DNA of 63,006 nucleotides, the filler included, from Actinomycetales bacterium (GTDB lineage Bacteria > Actinomycetota > Actinomycetes > Actinomycetales > CAVURS01), in NCBI GenBank assembly GCA_045807245.1. It is 4 parts of 4 records of this genome, joined end to end, with 100 filler letters (N's around TTAATTAATTAA, not from the genome) between each part and the next. Parts side by side here need not be neighbours in the genome. Positions count along the whole stretch, not along the records: positions 1 to 23,918 come from JBJMHS010000003.1; 3 more parts are not named here. One strand, 5' to 3'. Below, piece by piece: positions 1 through 10,640 of the stretch (the first letter of the stretch is position 1; each line of letters begins with the position of its first letter). Below the pieces are notes generated by a model. That model saw only the letters and a program-made list of their open reading frames with translations, did no database searches and was not told where the DNA came from. The position numbers were made by a program, and so were the translations under genes.

Positions 1-584
<584 letters not shown>

Positions 585-593
585 CCCCCATCA

Positions 594-620
594 TGAGCAC
601 TCTCCCCCTTCGAGTGCAAA
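594..620. promoter_or_regulatory. CIRCE element 2 (HrcA operator)
   Basis: TGAGCACTC-N9-GAGTGCAAA, tandem second copy. Confidence 0.9.
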
Positions 621-633
621 TGCCAGATGGTCC

Positions 634-1284
634 TCAGGCCTGGTAGTCGCTGCCCAGGACGACGACCACACCGGTCGACCCGTACGCCGTGCTCTGTTTG
701 ACGGGGTACCCGCCCAGCGCCTTGGCGACCGCCTTGGCGGTCACCCGCAGGGAAGCCTTGGTGTAGTAGACGGTGGTGGCGCCGCCGTACCCCTGCCGGT
801 TCCCGGCCGAGCTCGCGTGCCAGCCCTTGCCGGTCAGCTTCGACGCGGCTCCGGCGGCCAGGCCGGACCGGCTGGTGCCGTTCCAGACATGGACCCGGAC
901 GTTCTTGTTGACCGTCGGAGCCGAGCCGGCGGTCGAGGACGCCGAGCTGCTCGGCGAGCCACTCGGCGTACCCGTCGGGGTCGGCGCGGTCGGCGCCGGG
1001 GACTGCTGGTCGTCGTCACCAGGCGCGGACGGCCCCGAGCTCGACGTCGCGGAGCTGCCCAGCACGCTGTCCTTGAGCAGGACCACGCCGACGACCAGAG
1101 CCAGGACGGCGACGAGCACGACGAGCGTGGGGGCGATGTCGTGCCAGAGCGGACGGCGGGGCCGGTGGGCTCCGGACCGCGGGGAGTGAGCCGGTCCACC
1201 GCGCTCCTGACCGGGTACGCCGGTCGGCGGGGCCGACGGCGGCGGGGCCGAAGTCGGGGGCGGAGTCGAGGGCGGGACCGACAC
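634..1284 (-). CDS. Membrane-anchored LytR C-terminal domain protein
   Basis: One TM helix, Ser/Pro/Thr linker, VHVWNGTSRSGLA...VVVVLGSDY LytR_C signature. Confidence 0.85.
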   Translation of the reverse strand: MSVPPSTPPPTSAPPPSAPPTGVPGQERGGPAHSPRSGAHRPRRPLWHDIAPTLVVLVAVLALVVGVVLLKDSVLGSSATSSSGPSAPGDDDQQSPAPTAPTPTGTPSGSPSSSASSTAGSAPTVNKNVRVHVWNGTSRSGLAAGAASKLTGKGWHASSAGNRQGYGGATTVYYTKASLRVTAKAVAKALGGYPVKQSTAYGSTGVVVVLGSDYQA

Positions 1285-1307
1285 GCCGGAAGGCTAACTC
1301 GCCCGCT

Positions 1308-1604
1308 TCACAGCCTGATGCCGAGGCGGCGAGCTGAGCGCGCGCGCTGGCGGGTGGCCCGCATCCGGCGCAGGCGCTTGACCAGCATCGGGTCGTGCGC
1401 GACGGCGGCCGGTGAGTCGATCAGCGTGTTGAGCACCTGGTAGTAGCGCGTGGCCGACATGTCGAAGAGCTCGCGGACCGCCTGCTCCTTGGCGCCGGCG
1501 TACTTCCACCACTGCCGTTCGAAGGCCAGGATCTCGCGGTCCCGCGTCGACAGCTCGTGAGCACCGTCCTGGCTCATGCTGCCCGCGATGTGCGCGGCGT
1601 CCAT
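1308..1604 (-). CDS. DUF3263 domain protein
   Basis: LSTRDREILAFERQWWKYAGAKEQAVRELFDMSATRYYQVLN; GGAGG precedes ATG 1604. Confidence 0.9.
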   Translation of the reverse strand: MDAAHIAGSMSQDGAHELSTRDREILAFERQWWKYAGAKEQAVRELFDMSATRYYQVLNTLIDSPAAVAHDPMLVKRLRRMRATRQRARSARRLGIRL

Positions 1605-1710
1605 CAAGTTCCCTCCACAAAGCTCGACCGCGGCCATCGTAGGGCGCAAACCACAACGATGTCATTTGGCTCGCCGAGCGAGCAGGCCGCCACGCTCGTC
1701 CCGCGCAGGC

Positions 1711-3063
1711 TTAGGCCATGGTGTCCAGAATGGCGTTGATGTCCGACTTCGAGGTTCTGGGGTTGACGATGGCGAACCGAGTGACGGTCTCGCCCTCGTG
1801 CGTGGTCGGTACGACGAACGCGAAGTTCGCGGCCAGCAGCCGGTCCGACCAGTCCTGGTACTGCGCGGCCGACCAGCCGATCCGGCGGAACACGACGACC
1901 GACAGGTCGGGGTCACGGAGCAGCTCGACGTACCTGCGCTTCTTGATCTCGTGCGCCGCATGGCGGGTGATGGTCAAGGTCCGCTCGATCGCCGCCGTGT
2001 ACGCGTCGCTGCCGTGTGCCACCAGGGAGAACCAGAAGGGCAGCCCGCGGGCCCGGCGGGTCAGGCCGATGGAGAAGTCCGAGGGGTTCCAGTCGCTCGC
2101 GTCGGTGAGGACGTCGAGGTATCCGGCCTTCTGCGTGTGCGCCGCCTTGCCCAGGGCCGGGTCGCGGTAGAGCAGAGCGCAGCAGTCGAACGGTGCGAAG
2201 AACCACTTGTGCGGGTCGACGACGAAGGAGTCGGCGTGCTCGATCCCCGCGTACAGGTGGCGAACGCTCGGTGCCGCCAGGCCGGCGCCGCCGTACGCGC
2301 CGTCGACGTGGAACCACGCGCCGACCTCCTGGCAGAACTCGGCCACCGACGCGAGGTCGTCGACGATGCCGAAGTTCGTGGTGCCGCAGGTCGCCACGAC
2401 CGCGAAGAGGCCGTCCGACCCCGCCTCGCCGATGGCCGCGCGCAGGTTCTCTCCCGTCAGCCGGCCCCTGTCGTCGACCGGTACGCCGACGAACTCGACG
2501 TCCATCACCTCGCAGGCGCTCTTGATCGAGGAGTGAGCATGAGCGGTGCCCGCGACCTTCCAGCGCGGCGGCGGGTCGCCCACCCGGTTGGCCCGCGCGG
2601 TGTGGCGGGCGGCGACGAGGGCGGACAGGTTGCCGACGGTGCCGCCGGGGACGAACACGCCACCGGCACCCTCGGGCAGCCCGACGAGGTCGGCGACCCA
2701 GCGCAGCGCGGCGTTCTCGGCATGGACGGCACCCGCGCCCTCGAGCCAGGAGCCGGCGTACAGCGCGGACGCGCCCACGACGAGGTCGAAGAGCGAGCTG
2801 GCCTCGGTGGGTGCGCACGGGATGAACGACAGGTACCGCGGGTGGTCGATCGAGATGCAGGCCGGCGCCAGCCTGGTGGCGAACAGGTCCAGGGCGGCCG
2901 GGCCACCGATGCCGGCCGCACTGACCTGGACCTCCGGGATCGAGGTCAGGGCCTCCACCGACTTGGGTCCGTCCAGCGGGACCGGGTCGAGACGCAGCCG
3001 GTGCAGCGCGTAGTCGAGGACAGCCTTACCGAGCGCAGCCGTCTGCTTGTTGTATCGGTGCAC
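1711..3063 (-). CDS. PLP-dependent group II amino-acid decarboxylase
   Basis: GGTVGN, HVDGAYGG, DPHKW motifs; GTG 3063 preceded by TACACT -10 (leaderless). Confidence 0.88.
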   Translation of the reverse strand: MHRYNKQTAALGKAVLDYALHRLRLDPVPLDGPKSVEALTSIPEVQVSAAGIGGPAALDLFATRLAPACISIDHPRYLSFIPCAPTEASSLFDLVVGASALYAGSWLEGAGAVHAENAALRWVADLVGLPEGAGGVFVPGGTVGNLSALVAARHTARANRVGDPPPRWKVAGTAHAHSSIKSACEVMDVEFVGVPVDDRGRLTGENLRAAIGEAGSDGLFAVVATCGTTNFGIVDDLASVAEFCQEVGAWFHVDGAYGGAGLAAPSVRHLYAGIEHADSFVVDPHKWFFAPFDCCALLYRDPALGKAAHTQKAGYLDVLTDASDWNPSDFSIGLTRRARGLPFWFSLVAHGSDAYTAAIERTLTITRHAAHEIKKRRYVELLRDPDLSVVVFRRIGWSAAQYQDWSDRLLAANFAFVVPTTHEGETVTRFAIVNPRTSKSDINAILDTMA

Positions 3064-3121
3064 CTGCGGAGTGTAGGAGCGGCGAACCGCAGTCCGGCAC
3101 CCCTGCGCCGTCGCGGTCCAG

Positions 3122-4069
3122 TCAGCCCACGAACGCCTGTACCGACCGGCGGATGCCGGCCGGGTCCAGGCCGTGCGCCCGGTCGTGCTCCTCGATCCGG
3201 CCGTAGTGGGCGAGCTCGGGCTGACCCACGCCCAAGCCGAGGACGCGGTGCGGCCGGTCCACCAGTGCGCGGTTGACCTCTCCGGCGGACGTGCCGGCCA
3301 GGTAGGGCTCGACCAGCACGACGGCGTCGGATCCCGGGAGCGCGCGCAGGCCGGCGTGGTCGAACGGCCGCACGGTCGCCGCATAGGCCACCGTCACATC
3401 GATCCCCTCGGTCGCGGCCAGCGTGCGGTCGAGCATCGGGCCGACCGCCAGGACGGCCGCCCGGGCGCGCTGACTGCCCCGCCGTACGACGTGCAGCCGC
3501 GGCAGGCGGACGTCGAACGCGGTGCGGTTGGACTGCTCGGCCAGCCGGACGTAGACCCGGTCGGTACGGCGGGCCGACTGGCGCAGCAGCAGCTCCGCCT
3601 CGTCCGGGTGGCCGGGCACGTGCACCGTCCAGCCGTCCAGCGTGTCGAGCAGCGCCACGTCGCGCCGCCCGAAGTGGGTCTCGCCGCCTTGGGGCCAGTC
3701 GTAGGAGCCGCCACCGCCGACCAGCAGCGCACCGACGCCCTGGTGGCCGAGGTCGAGCTTGACCTGCTCGTACGGGCGCTCGAGGAGGAACGGGGCGAAG
3801 GTGTGCACGATCGGCCGGATGCCGGTGAGGGCCAGGCCGCCGGCCACGCTGACCAGCAGCTGCTCGCGGATGCCGACGTCGACGATCCGGCCGGCCAGCC
3901 GGGCCCTGGCATCGGCGTCGAGGTAACCACTGCCGATCACCGCCAGGACCATGACGGCGCTGGGGTTGTCGTCGAGCAGGTCCGGCGCGATCGCGTAGAA
4001 CCGCTCCCGCATGCTGTCCGCGGGCTCGGCCGTCGCCTCCTCGGGCCTCGTCACGGTCGAGATGCTCAT
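3122..4069 (-). CDS. Transketolase-like protein, pyrimidine-binding/C-terminal subunit
   Basis: DVGIREQ, HTFAPFLLERPYEQVK, GETH motifs; 4-bp overlap with upstream subunit. Confidence 0.88.
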   Translation of the reverse strand: MSISTVTRPEEATAEPADSMRERFYAIAPDLLDDNPSAVMVLAVIGSGYLDADARARLAGRIVDVGIREQLLVSVAGGLALTGIRPIVHTFAPFLLERPYEQVKLDLGHQGVGALLVGGGGSYDWPQGGETHFGRRDVALLDTLDGWTVHVPGHPDEAELLLRQSARRTDRVYVRLAEQSNRTAFDVRLPRLHVVRRGSQRARAAVLAVGPMLDRTLAATEGIDVTVAYAATVRPFDHAGLRALPGSDAVVLVEPYLAGTSAGEVNRALVDRPHRVLGLGVGQPELAHYGRIEEHDRAHGLDPAGIRRSVQAFVG

Positions 4070-4776
4070 CGGTCCTCCTCGTCAAGCTCGGGTTCGGTGT
4101 GCGCGACGACGACGTGCGGGACCGCTTCGCGCCTCGCGGCCGGCTGCCGGCCGAGGGCTTCGGCCAGAGCGGCGCGGTTGTGACCGTCCACGTCCTGCGC
4201 GGTCCAGCCCTCGACCTCGAACCGCGCCGCGATGCCGCCCGGCCAACCGTGCTGGGCCGACTCGTTGTCGACCACGACCGCGGTCAAACTACCGAGGCCG
4301 GCGCGAGCGGCGTACTGGATCGCCTCGGCGTTGCTGCCCTCGTCCAGCTCGCCGTCGCCGACCAGCACGACCACGCGGGGGCGGGTGCGTCCCTGCACAG
4401 CCAGCCCGATCGCGGTGCCCACCGCCAGGCCCAGGCCGTGGCCCAGCGAGCCGGACGAGATCTCCACCCCTGGGATCAGCGTGTTGTCGGGGTGGCCGCC
4501 CAGCCGGGAGCCGAAGGTGAGCCAGGTGTCCAGCTCGGCCAGCCTGACGAAGCCCTTGGCGGCGAGGACGGCGTAGTAGGCCATCGGGCCATGTCCCTTG
4601 GACAGCAGGAACCGGTCGCGTTCCGGGTCGTCAACGCGCTCGGGGGCGACGTCGAGCACCTCGTCGTACAAGGTCCAGAGCACGTCCAGGGTGCTGAACG
4701 AGGCCGCGTCGTGCTTCTCGTCGCCGCTCATCCGGGCGATGAGGGCGGTCAGGTCTTCATAGCCGTACGTCGTCAT
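4066..4776 (-). CDS. Transketolase-like protein, ThDP-binding N-terminal subunit
   Basis: RDRFLLSKGH, SGSLGHGL, GDGELDEG...N ThDP motif. Confidence 0.9.
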   Translation of the reverse strand: MTTYGYEDLTALIARMSGDEKHDAASFSTLDVLWTLYDEVLDVAPERVDDPERDRFLLSKGHGPMAYYAVLAAKGFVRLAELDTWLTFGSRLGGHPDNTLIPGVEISSGSLGHGLGLAVGTAIGLAVQGRTRPRVVVLVGDGELDEGSNAEAIQYAARAGLGSLTAVVVDNESAQHGWPGGIAARFEVEGWTAQDVDGHNRAALAEALGRQPAARREAVPHVVVAHTEPELDEEDR

Positions 4777-4783
4777 GCGTTCG

Positions 4784-4814
4784 ACTCTGCAACTTGAAGT
4801 TCACTTCAAGTCAA
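4784..4814 (-). promoter_or_regulatory. SoxR box within a 19-bp-spacer promoter for the transketolase-like operon
   Basis: Dyad ACTTGAAGT-TC-ACTTCAAGT (4792-4811); minus strand TTGACT-19nt-CAGAGT-7nt-ATG. Confidence 0.8.
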
Positions 4815-4828
4815 GGGACTCTGGATGC

Positions 4829-5311
4829 ATGTCCGACGCGATCCCTGCTGAGGAGACCGGGCATCCGCTGCCGCCGATGCTCACCATCGGCCAGCTCTCC
4901 GCGCGCAGCGGCGTGGCCCAGTCGGCCCTGCGGTTCTACGAGTCCGTCGGGCTGATCCACTCCGAACGCACGGCCGGCAACCAGCGCCGATACCCACGCG
5001 TCGAGCTGCGCCGGGTCGCGTTCGTGCGGGCCGCGCAGCAGGTCGGGCTGTCACTGGAGGAGATTCACGACGCGCTGGGCCGGCTCCCGCAGGGCCGGAC
5101 CCCGACCAAGGCCGACTGGGAGAAGCTCTCGCACAGCTGGCGCCGCCGCCTGGACGACCAGATCGCGGCCCTGGAGGCGCTGCGCGACCGGCTCACGTCC
5201 TGCATCGGCTGCGGCTGCCTGTCGTTGCGCCGCTGCCAGCTGTCCAACCCGGGTGACCGGGTGGCGGCGCGGGGTCCGGGTGCCCAGTTCCTGCGCCCGG
5301 GCGCTGACTAG
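4829..5311 (+). CDS. soxR: Redox-sensitive transcriptional activator SoxR
   Basis: MerR HTH (LTIGQLSARSGV...RTAGNQRRY) and CIGCGCLSLRRC [2Fe-2S] motif. Confidence 0.96.
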   Translation: MSDAIPAEETGHPLPPMLTIGQLSARSGVAQSALRFYESVGLIHSERTAGNQRRYPRVELRRVAFVRAAQQVGLSLEEIHDALGRLPQGRTPTKADWEKLSHSWRRRLDDQIAALEALRDRLTSCIGCGCLSLRRCQLSNPGDRVAARGPGAQFLRPGAD

Positions 5312-5320
5312 GGTCACGCC

Positions 5321-5998
5321 ATGGCGCCCAAGCCGCTGGCGGAGCTGGTCGACCCCGGCTGGGCCCAGGCGCTCGCGCCGGTGTCGGACCAGATCACGGC
5401 GATGGGTGACTACCTGCGCGCCGAGGTGTCGGCCGGGCGCGGCTACCTGCCGGCGGGCGACAACGTCCTGCGCGCGTTCCAGCGGCCGCTGTCAGAGGTC
5501 AAGGTCCTGGTGATGGGCCAGGACCCGTACCCCACTTCCGGCCACCCGGTCGGGCTGTCCTTCTCGGTCGCACCGGACGTGCGACCGCTGCCCCGGAGCC
5601 TGCAGAACATCTTCCGCGAGCTGCACACGGACCTCGGCCTGCCGATGCCGAGCTCGGGCGACCTCTCACCGTGGTCCGACCAGGGCGTGCTGATGCTCAA
5701 CCGAGTCCTGACGGTGGCGCCAGGCACGCCAGGAAGCCACCGGGGCAAGGGCTGGGAAACCGTTACCGCACAAGCGATCCGGGCACTCGTCGCTCGGCAG
5801 AAGCCGCTCGTGGCGCTGCTGTGGGGGCGGGACGCCCAGAGCGTCCGTGACCTGCTCGGCGACACGCCACGGGTCGAGAGCGTGCACCCGAGCCCGATGT
5901 CGGCGGACCGTGGGTTCTTCGGCTCCCGGCCGTTCAGCCGGGTCAACCAGCTGCTGACGGCCCAGGGGGCGACACCGGTGGACTGGGCGCTGCCCTGA
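5321..5998 (+). CDS. ung: Uracil-DNA glycosylase family 1
   Basis: GQDPY, GLSFS, HPSPMSA motifs. Confidence 0.95.
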   Translation: MAPKPLAELVDPGWAQALAPVSDQITAMGDYLRAEVSAGRGYLPAGDNVLRAFQRPLSEVKVLVMGQDPYPTSGHPVGLSFSVAPDVRPLPRSLQNIFRELHTDLGLPMPSSGDLSPWSDQGVLMLNRVLTVAPGTPGSHRGKGWETVTAQAIRALVARQKPLVALLWGRDAQSVRDLLGDTPRVESVHPSPMSADRGFFGSRPFSRVNQLLTAQGATPVDWALP

Positions 5999-6599
5999 CC
6001 GCTGCCGCGACGGTGCTCTCCAGCGCGGCCAGCCGCTTGTCGATGTGGGCTCTCAGCTCCTCCAGCCCGGCCCTGAGCTCGCCGTACGTCACATCCCGCG
6101 CATCGCGGATGAGCTCCATCGAGATCGCACCGCCGGGCTCGAGGCTGGCCTGCTTGACCTCCTCGAGCTGGTCGGCGCCTTGTCGGCGCAGCGCCGCCTC
6201 GACCTCGGCCAGGCGCAGGCCGACCCGGACGATGGCCTCGCGATCCGGGACACCGTCCTGGACCAGGACTGTTGGGGTCCCCTGGATGAACCGCGCCGTC
6301 CCGTCGGACGCGGTCGCCAGACGTTCCCAGAGGGCGTTGACCATGATCAGGAAGCACGCACCGAGCAGTCCACCGAGCAGGCTGTTGTCAGGGCCGATGA
6401 CGGCGTTCTGGACCACGTTCGAGAGCAGCAGCACGACGACGAGGTCGAACGTGTTGAGCTGGCTGAGCACCCGCTTGCCGGCGAGGCGCAGCAGGAGAAC
6501 GAGTCCGGCGTACACCAGGAAGGTGCGCAGCGCCTTCTCCAGCAACGGGATGTCGAGCGAGGTCAGGTCGTGCCAGGTCGTGGTCCAGTCCACGGTCAC
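5943..6599 (-). CDS. DUF421/YetF-family membrane protein
   Basis: [41 protein letters not shown]. Confidence 0.88.
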   Translation of the reverse strand: MTVDWTTTWHDLTSLDIPLLEKALRTFLVYAGLVLLLRLAGKRVLSQLNTFDLVVVLLLSNVVQNAVIGPDNSLLGGLLGACFLIMVNALWERLATASDGTARFIQGTPTVLVQDGVPDREAIVRVGLRLAEVEAALRRQGADQLEEVKQASLEPGGAISMELIRDARDVTYGELRAGLEELRAHIDKRLAALESTVAAAVRAAPSPPVSPPGPSAAG

Positions 6600-6988
6600 C
6601 CCTCGGGGTCGGTCTGCACCTCGTCCGCACGCGCTGCTTCGACGAAGTCGACGATCTCGGCCAGCCCGACCAGGTGCACGGACTCCCTGACGTTGCGCTG
6701 GGCGCCGATGAGAGCCAGCCGCCGGCCGTGTTCGCGCTCGGCCGACGCCATCCGGGCGAGGAAGCCCAGACCCACCGAGTCGATGAAGCTCACCCGGGAC
6801 AGATCCACCCGCACCGGCGCGGCCCGGTCGATGGCGTCCCGGCCGGCGTACTCGAGGTCGTCGCCCAGGGCCAGGTCGATCTCACCGGAGAGCAGGATCA
6901 GCGTGACGCCGTCGTCGAAGAACACCGTCGCGTCCCCGGCGCCGGAGGGGCCGGGCGTGCGCTGTCCATCTGAGGGGGTCGGTGTCAC
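6596..6988 (-). CDS. STAS-domain anti-anti-sigma factor (start approximate)
   Basis: LSGEIDLA...VDLSRVSFIDSVGLGFL in the C-terminal part of ORF 6596..7978. Confidence 0.85.
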   Translation of the reverse strand: MTPTPSDGQRTPGPSGAGDATVFFDDGVTLILLSGEIDLALGDDLEYAGRDAIDRAAPVRVDLSRVSFIDSVGLGFLARMASAEREHGRRLALIGAQRNVRESVHLVGLAEIVDFVEAARADEVQTDPEG

Positions 6989-7072
6989 GGGGGACAGTCC
7001 AGCATCCACTTCGCCCACCCACAAGGGACTCGCCGCACCCCCACCCGCTCGCGGCGAGGTTATGGTCGGCAG

Positions 7073-8218
7073 GTGCCGTTCGACCGACTGCTCCCGTCCA
7101 GCGAGGCGTACGAGCTGGTCGACCTGACCCGTCGCATCGCCACCGAGCGCCTCGCGCCGATGGCCTCCGAGGCCGAGGAGCACGCAGCCTTCCCACGCGA
7201 GCAGTTCCGGCTGCTCGGCCGGAGCGGCCTGCTGTCCCTGCCCTACCCGGAGGAGTACGGCGGTGGCGGGCAGCCGTACGAGACCTACCTCCAGGTGCTG
7301 GAAGAGCTCGCGGCGGCCTGGATGACCATCGCCGTCGGCGTGTCGGTGCACAGCCTGTCCTGCTTCCCCCTCGCCCAGTTCGGCACCCAGGAGCAGAAGG
7401 CCGCCCTGCTGCCGAGCCTGCTGTCCGGTGAGCGGCTCGGGGCGTACTGCCTGTCCGAACCGGAGGCCGGCTCGGACGTGTCGGCGATCGCCACGAAGGC
7501 GAGCCGCTCCGGCGACGGCTGGCGGCTGTCCGGCACGAAGGCATGGATCACCCACGGCGGCGAAGCCGACTTCTACTCGGTCTTCGCGCGCACGAGCGAG
7601 GATCCGACGCGCGGTCTGTCCTGCTTCCTGGTCGACGCCGACAGCGAGGGGCTGTCGTTCGGTGCACCCGAGCGCAAGATGGGGCTGACCGGTTCGACGA
7701 CCACGCTGGTCAGCTTCGACGACGTACTCATCGGCGGTGACCGGCTCATCGGCGAGCCCGGACTCGGCATGCGAATCGCGTTGTCCGCGTTGGACTCCGG
7801 CCGCCTCGGCATCGCCGCCGCTGCCACGGGCCTCGCCCAGGCCGCACTGCAGTTCTCGGTCGACTACGCCAAGGAGCGCCATCAGTTCGGCCGGCCGATC
7901 AGCGAGTTCCAGGGCCTGGCGTTCCTCCTGGCGGACATGAACGCGGCCGTGGGCGCGGCGCGGGCGACCTACCTGCACGCCGCCCGGATGCGCGACGCCG
8001 GGATGCCGTTCACCCGGGTCGCGGCCAGCGCGAAGCTGGTCGGCACGGACGCCGCGATGCGGGTCACCACCGACGCCGTGCAGGTGCTCGGGGGCTACGG
8101 GTACACCAAGGACTTCCCGGTCGAGCGGTGGATGCGCGAGGCGAAGGTGACCCAGATCTTCGAGGGCACGAACCAGGTCCAGCGCCTGGTTATCGCCCGA
8201 AACATGTTGCGAGACTAG
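7073..8218 (+). CDS. Acyl-CoA dehydrogenase
   Basis: CLSEPEAGSD, GTKAWIT, RHQFGRPI, QVLGGYGY, QIFEGTNQVQR. Confidence 0.95.
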   Translation: MPFDRLLPSSEAYELVDLTRRIATERLAPMASEAEEHAAFPREQFRLLGRSGLLSLPYPEEYGGGGQPYETYLQVLEELAAAWMTIAVGVSVHSLSCFPLAQFGTQEQKAALLPSLLSGERLGAYCLSEPEAGSDVSAIATKASRSGDGWRLSGTKAWITHGGEADFYSVFARTSEDPTRGLSCFLVDADSEGLSFGAPERKMGLTGSTTTLVSFDDVLIGGDRLIGEPGLGMRIALSALDSGRLGIAAAATGLAQAALQFSVDYAKERHQFGRPISEFQGLAFLLADMNAAVGAARATYLHAARMRDAGMPFTRVAASAKLVGTDAAMRVTTDAVQVLGGYGYTKDFPVERWMREAKVTQIFEGTNQVQRLVIARNMLRD

Positions 8219-9129
8219 TCGGTTCGCCTCTTGGTCGCGACTGAGTGACGGCCGAACGGCCGGCCCAGGCGCCGTACCTCCTCCTCCAAGCGCGGTACGT
8301 TGCGGGCCGCCTCGTGGGCCATCGCGCGCCGCGCCGCCCCCGTCGTCAGCAGACCGCGCAGATGGAAGGCGACACCGAGCGCGGGCGGGACGAAGACCTT
8401 CGGGCGGCGGCGCTCGATGCCGTCGACCAGCATCCGGGCGCAGGACTCGACGCTGATCGGCCGGCCGAAGGGCACCCCCGCCTCGGCCAGCATGCGCCGG
8501 AACAGCGGCAGGTCCTCCTGGGCATCTCGCACCAGGTCCGTGTCGACCCAGATCGGGTGTGCCGTGCCGACGGTCACCCCGCGGTGCGCGACCTCGAGCC
8601 GGAAAGCGTCACCGAACGCCTCGACCCCCGCCTTCGACGCGCAGTACGCCGACAGCCCCGGTACGGCGAGGAACGACGCCGCCGACGCGACCAGGAGGTA
8701 GTGCCCGCGGGCCGCGATGACGTGCGGCAGCGTCGCGCTGACCGTGCGGATGGTGCCCACGAGGTTCACCTCTACCGTCCGGGCCAGGGCGTCGGCGGGG
8801 TTGGTGGCCACCGTCCCGGTGTTGGCCACCCCGGCGTTGGCCACGACGACGTCGACCCGGCCCAGCGCGGACGCCACGCGGACGACGGCCTGCTGGATCT
8901 GCGCCTGGTCCGTGACGTCGGCCTCGGCCCAGGTGGCCCCGCCGCTGGGCGCGGCCCCGAGCTCGAACGCGAGCGCCGACAGCCGATCCGGCTCCAGCCC
9001 GACGAGCGCCACCCGGGCGCCCCGGGCGGCGCTCTCGCGGGCGACGGCCGCGCCGATCCCTCGGGCGGCGCCCGTCACCAGGACCGTGCGGCCGGCCAGC
9101 GGCCCGGCGCCGGTGGCACCGCGCGTCAC
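8215..9129 (-). CDS. Short-chain dehydrogenase/reductase
   Basis: TGAARGIG, NAG, YCASK. Confidence 0.92.
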   Translation of the reverse strand: MTRGATGAGPLAGRTVLVTGAARGIGAAVARESAARGARVALVGLEPDRLSALAFELGAAPSGGATWAEADVTDQAQIQQAVVRVASALGRVDVVVANAGVANTGTVATNPADALARTVEVNLVGTIRTVSATLPHVIAARGHYLLVASAASFLAVPGLSAYCASKAGVEAFGDAFRLEVAHRGVTVGTAHPIWVDTDLVRDAQEDLPLFRRMLAEAGVPFGRPISVESCARMLVDGIERRRPKVFVPPALGVAFHLRGLLTTGAARRAMAHEAARNVPRLEEEVRRLGRPFGRHSVATKRRTD

Positions 9130-10640
9130 GCCGGCACGTCCGCGGCCTGGGACCGGACGGTCAGCCGGTAGTCACCCGGGCGCAACGTCCGCAGCCGGCG
9201 CCGGAACGGCGTGGTGAACCCGGGCCACAGCGCCGAGTTGCGGCCCGTGACGTCGAGATACCAGCTGCGGCAGCCACCCGCAGTCCAGACGCTGCCCGAC
9301 ATCCGGCGGTCGACCTCCCGGACGAACGCGGCCTCGGCCTGCTCGGTCGGCTCCAGGGCGTCGGCACCCGTCGCTCGCAGATGCCGCAGCGCCGCCAGCA
9401 GGTGCTCGATCTCCGCCTCCGCCATGAGGACGACCGAGGTGTGCCCGGTGCCGCTGTTGGGCCCGAGGACGAGGAAGAAGTTCGGGAACCCGTGGACCGT
9501 CACCGTGTCGTACGCCTTGGGGCTGCCCGCCCAGTGGTCGGCCAGCAGGCGGCCGCCTCGGCCGGTCACCCGGTCGGCGATCGGCTGGTCGGTCACATGG
9601 AAGCCGGTGCCCAAGATGATGGTGTCGACCGGATGCTCGGCCCCGTCGGCGCCGACGACCGAGTGCGGCCGCACCTCGGCGACGGCCGTCGTCGCCAGCC
9701 GGACGTTGTCGCGCTGGATCGCGGGGAAGTAGTCGCTGGAGATGAGGATGCGCTTGCAGCCCATGGCATAGTCCGGCGTCATCGCCGCGCGCAGCGCAGG
9801 GTCGGCCACGCTGCGCCGCAGATGCGTCTGCGCGATCCGCTGCTGTACGCGGGCGATCCGTGGGTGCAGCATGCTCAGGACGACGACCTCGCGGCCGGCG
9901 TACACCGCTCGTCGTACCCAGCGCTGCAGGAAAGGGAAACGCCGGTACGCCGCGTGCTCGAGCCGGCTGAGCCGGCGGTCGGAGCGCGGCACGATCCACG
10001 GCGGGGTGCGCTGGAAGACCGTGAGCCGGCGCACCTGCTGGGCGATCTGCGGGACGAACTGGATGGCGCTGGCGCCGGTCCCTACGACGGCCACCTCGCG
10101 ACCGGTCAGGTCGTGGTCGTGACGCCAGCGGGCGGAGTGGAACACCGTGCCCTGGAACGACTCCAGCCCCGGGAGCTCCGGGATGCGAGGTTCGCACAGC
10201 GGTCCGGTCGCGGCGACCAGCACGTCTGCTGACAGTTCACCGGCACTCGTCACGATGGACCATCGGCAGGCTGCCTCGTCCCACGTCGCCTGCAGCAGCT
10301 CGACACCGAAACGGAGATAGGGCCGCAGCCGGTACCGCTCGACGCAGTCCCGCAGGTAGTCCCAGATCTCGCCCTGCCGCGAGAACGAGTGTGTCCAGTC
10401 CGGCTTGAGCGCGAAGGAGAACGAGTAGAGGACGGACGGTACGTCGCAGGCGCACCCCGGGTAGGTGTTGTCCCGCCAGGTGCCGCCCACGTCGTCGGCC
10501 TTCTCCAAGACGACGATGTCGCGCTCGCCGGACTGCAGCAGCCGGATGGCCGCCCCCAGCCCGCCGAAACCGGCGCCGACGACGGCCACTCGAACGTGCG
10601 GAGGTAGACCCTCGCCACCGCCGACTGTCTCGGGCGTCAC
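9126..10640 (-). CDS. Baeyer-Villiger-type flavin monooxygenase
   Basis: GAGFGG, GGTWRDNTYPGCACD, FQGTVFHSARW fingerprint, GTGASA. Confidence 0.92.
   Translation of the reverse strand: MTPETVGGGEGLPPHVRVAVVGAGFGGLGAAIRLLQSGERDIVVLEKADDVGGTWRDNTYPGCACDVPSVLYSFSFALKPDWTHSFSRQGEIWDYLRDCVERYRLRPYLRFGVELLQATWDEAACRWSIVTSAGELSADVLVAATGPLCEPRIPELPGLESFQGTVFHSARWRHDHDLTGREVAVVGTGASAIQFVPQIAQQVRRLTVFQRTPPWIVPRSDRRLSRLEHAAYRRFPFLQRWVRRAVYAGREVVVLSMLHPRIARVQQRIAQTHLRRSVADPALRAAMTPDYAMGCKRILISSDYFPAIQRDNVRLATTAVAEVRPHSVVGADGAEHPVDTIILGTGFHVTDQPIADRVTGRGGRLLADHWAGSPKAYDTVTVHGFPNFFLVLGPNSGTGHTSVVLMAEAEIEHLLAALRHLRATGADALEPTEQAEAAFVREVDRRMSGSVWTAGGCRSWYLDVTGRNSALWPGFTTPFRRRLRTLRPGDYRLTVRSQAADVPA

Noticed and set aside
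1711..3063. Decarboxylase as part of the SoxR operon
   Set aside because: It has its own TACACT -10 six nt before GTG, so co-regulation is unsupported
1576..3276. Long antisense or alternate-frame ORFs (also 43819-45660, 46567-48450, 59458-61236, 61730-62962 and many others)
   Set aside because: Shadow ORFs from high GC3 opposite well-supported genes; Arg/Gly/Pro-rich with no motifs
5943..5998. Convergent 3' overlaps (ung/DUF421; also 13229-13259 and 57081-57093)
   Set aside because: Common in compact high-GC genomes; no sign of function
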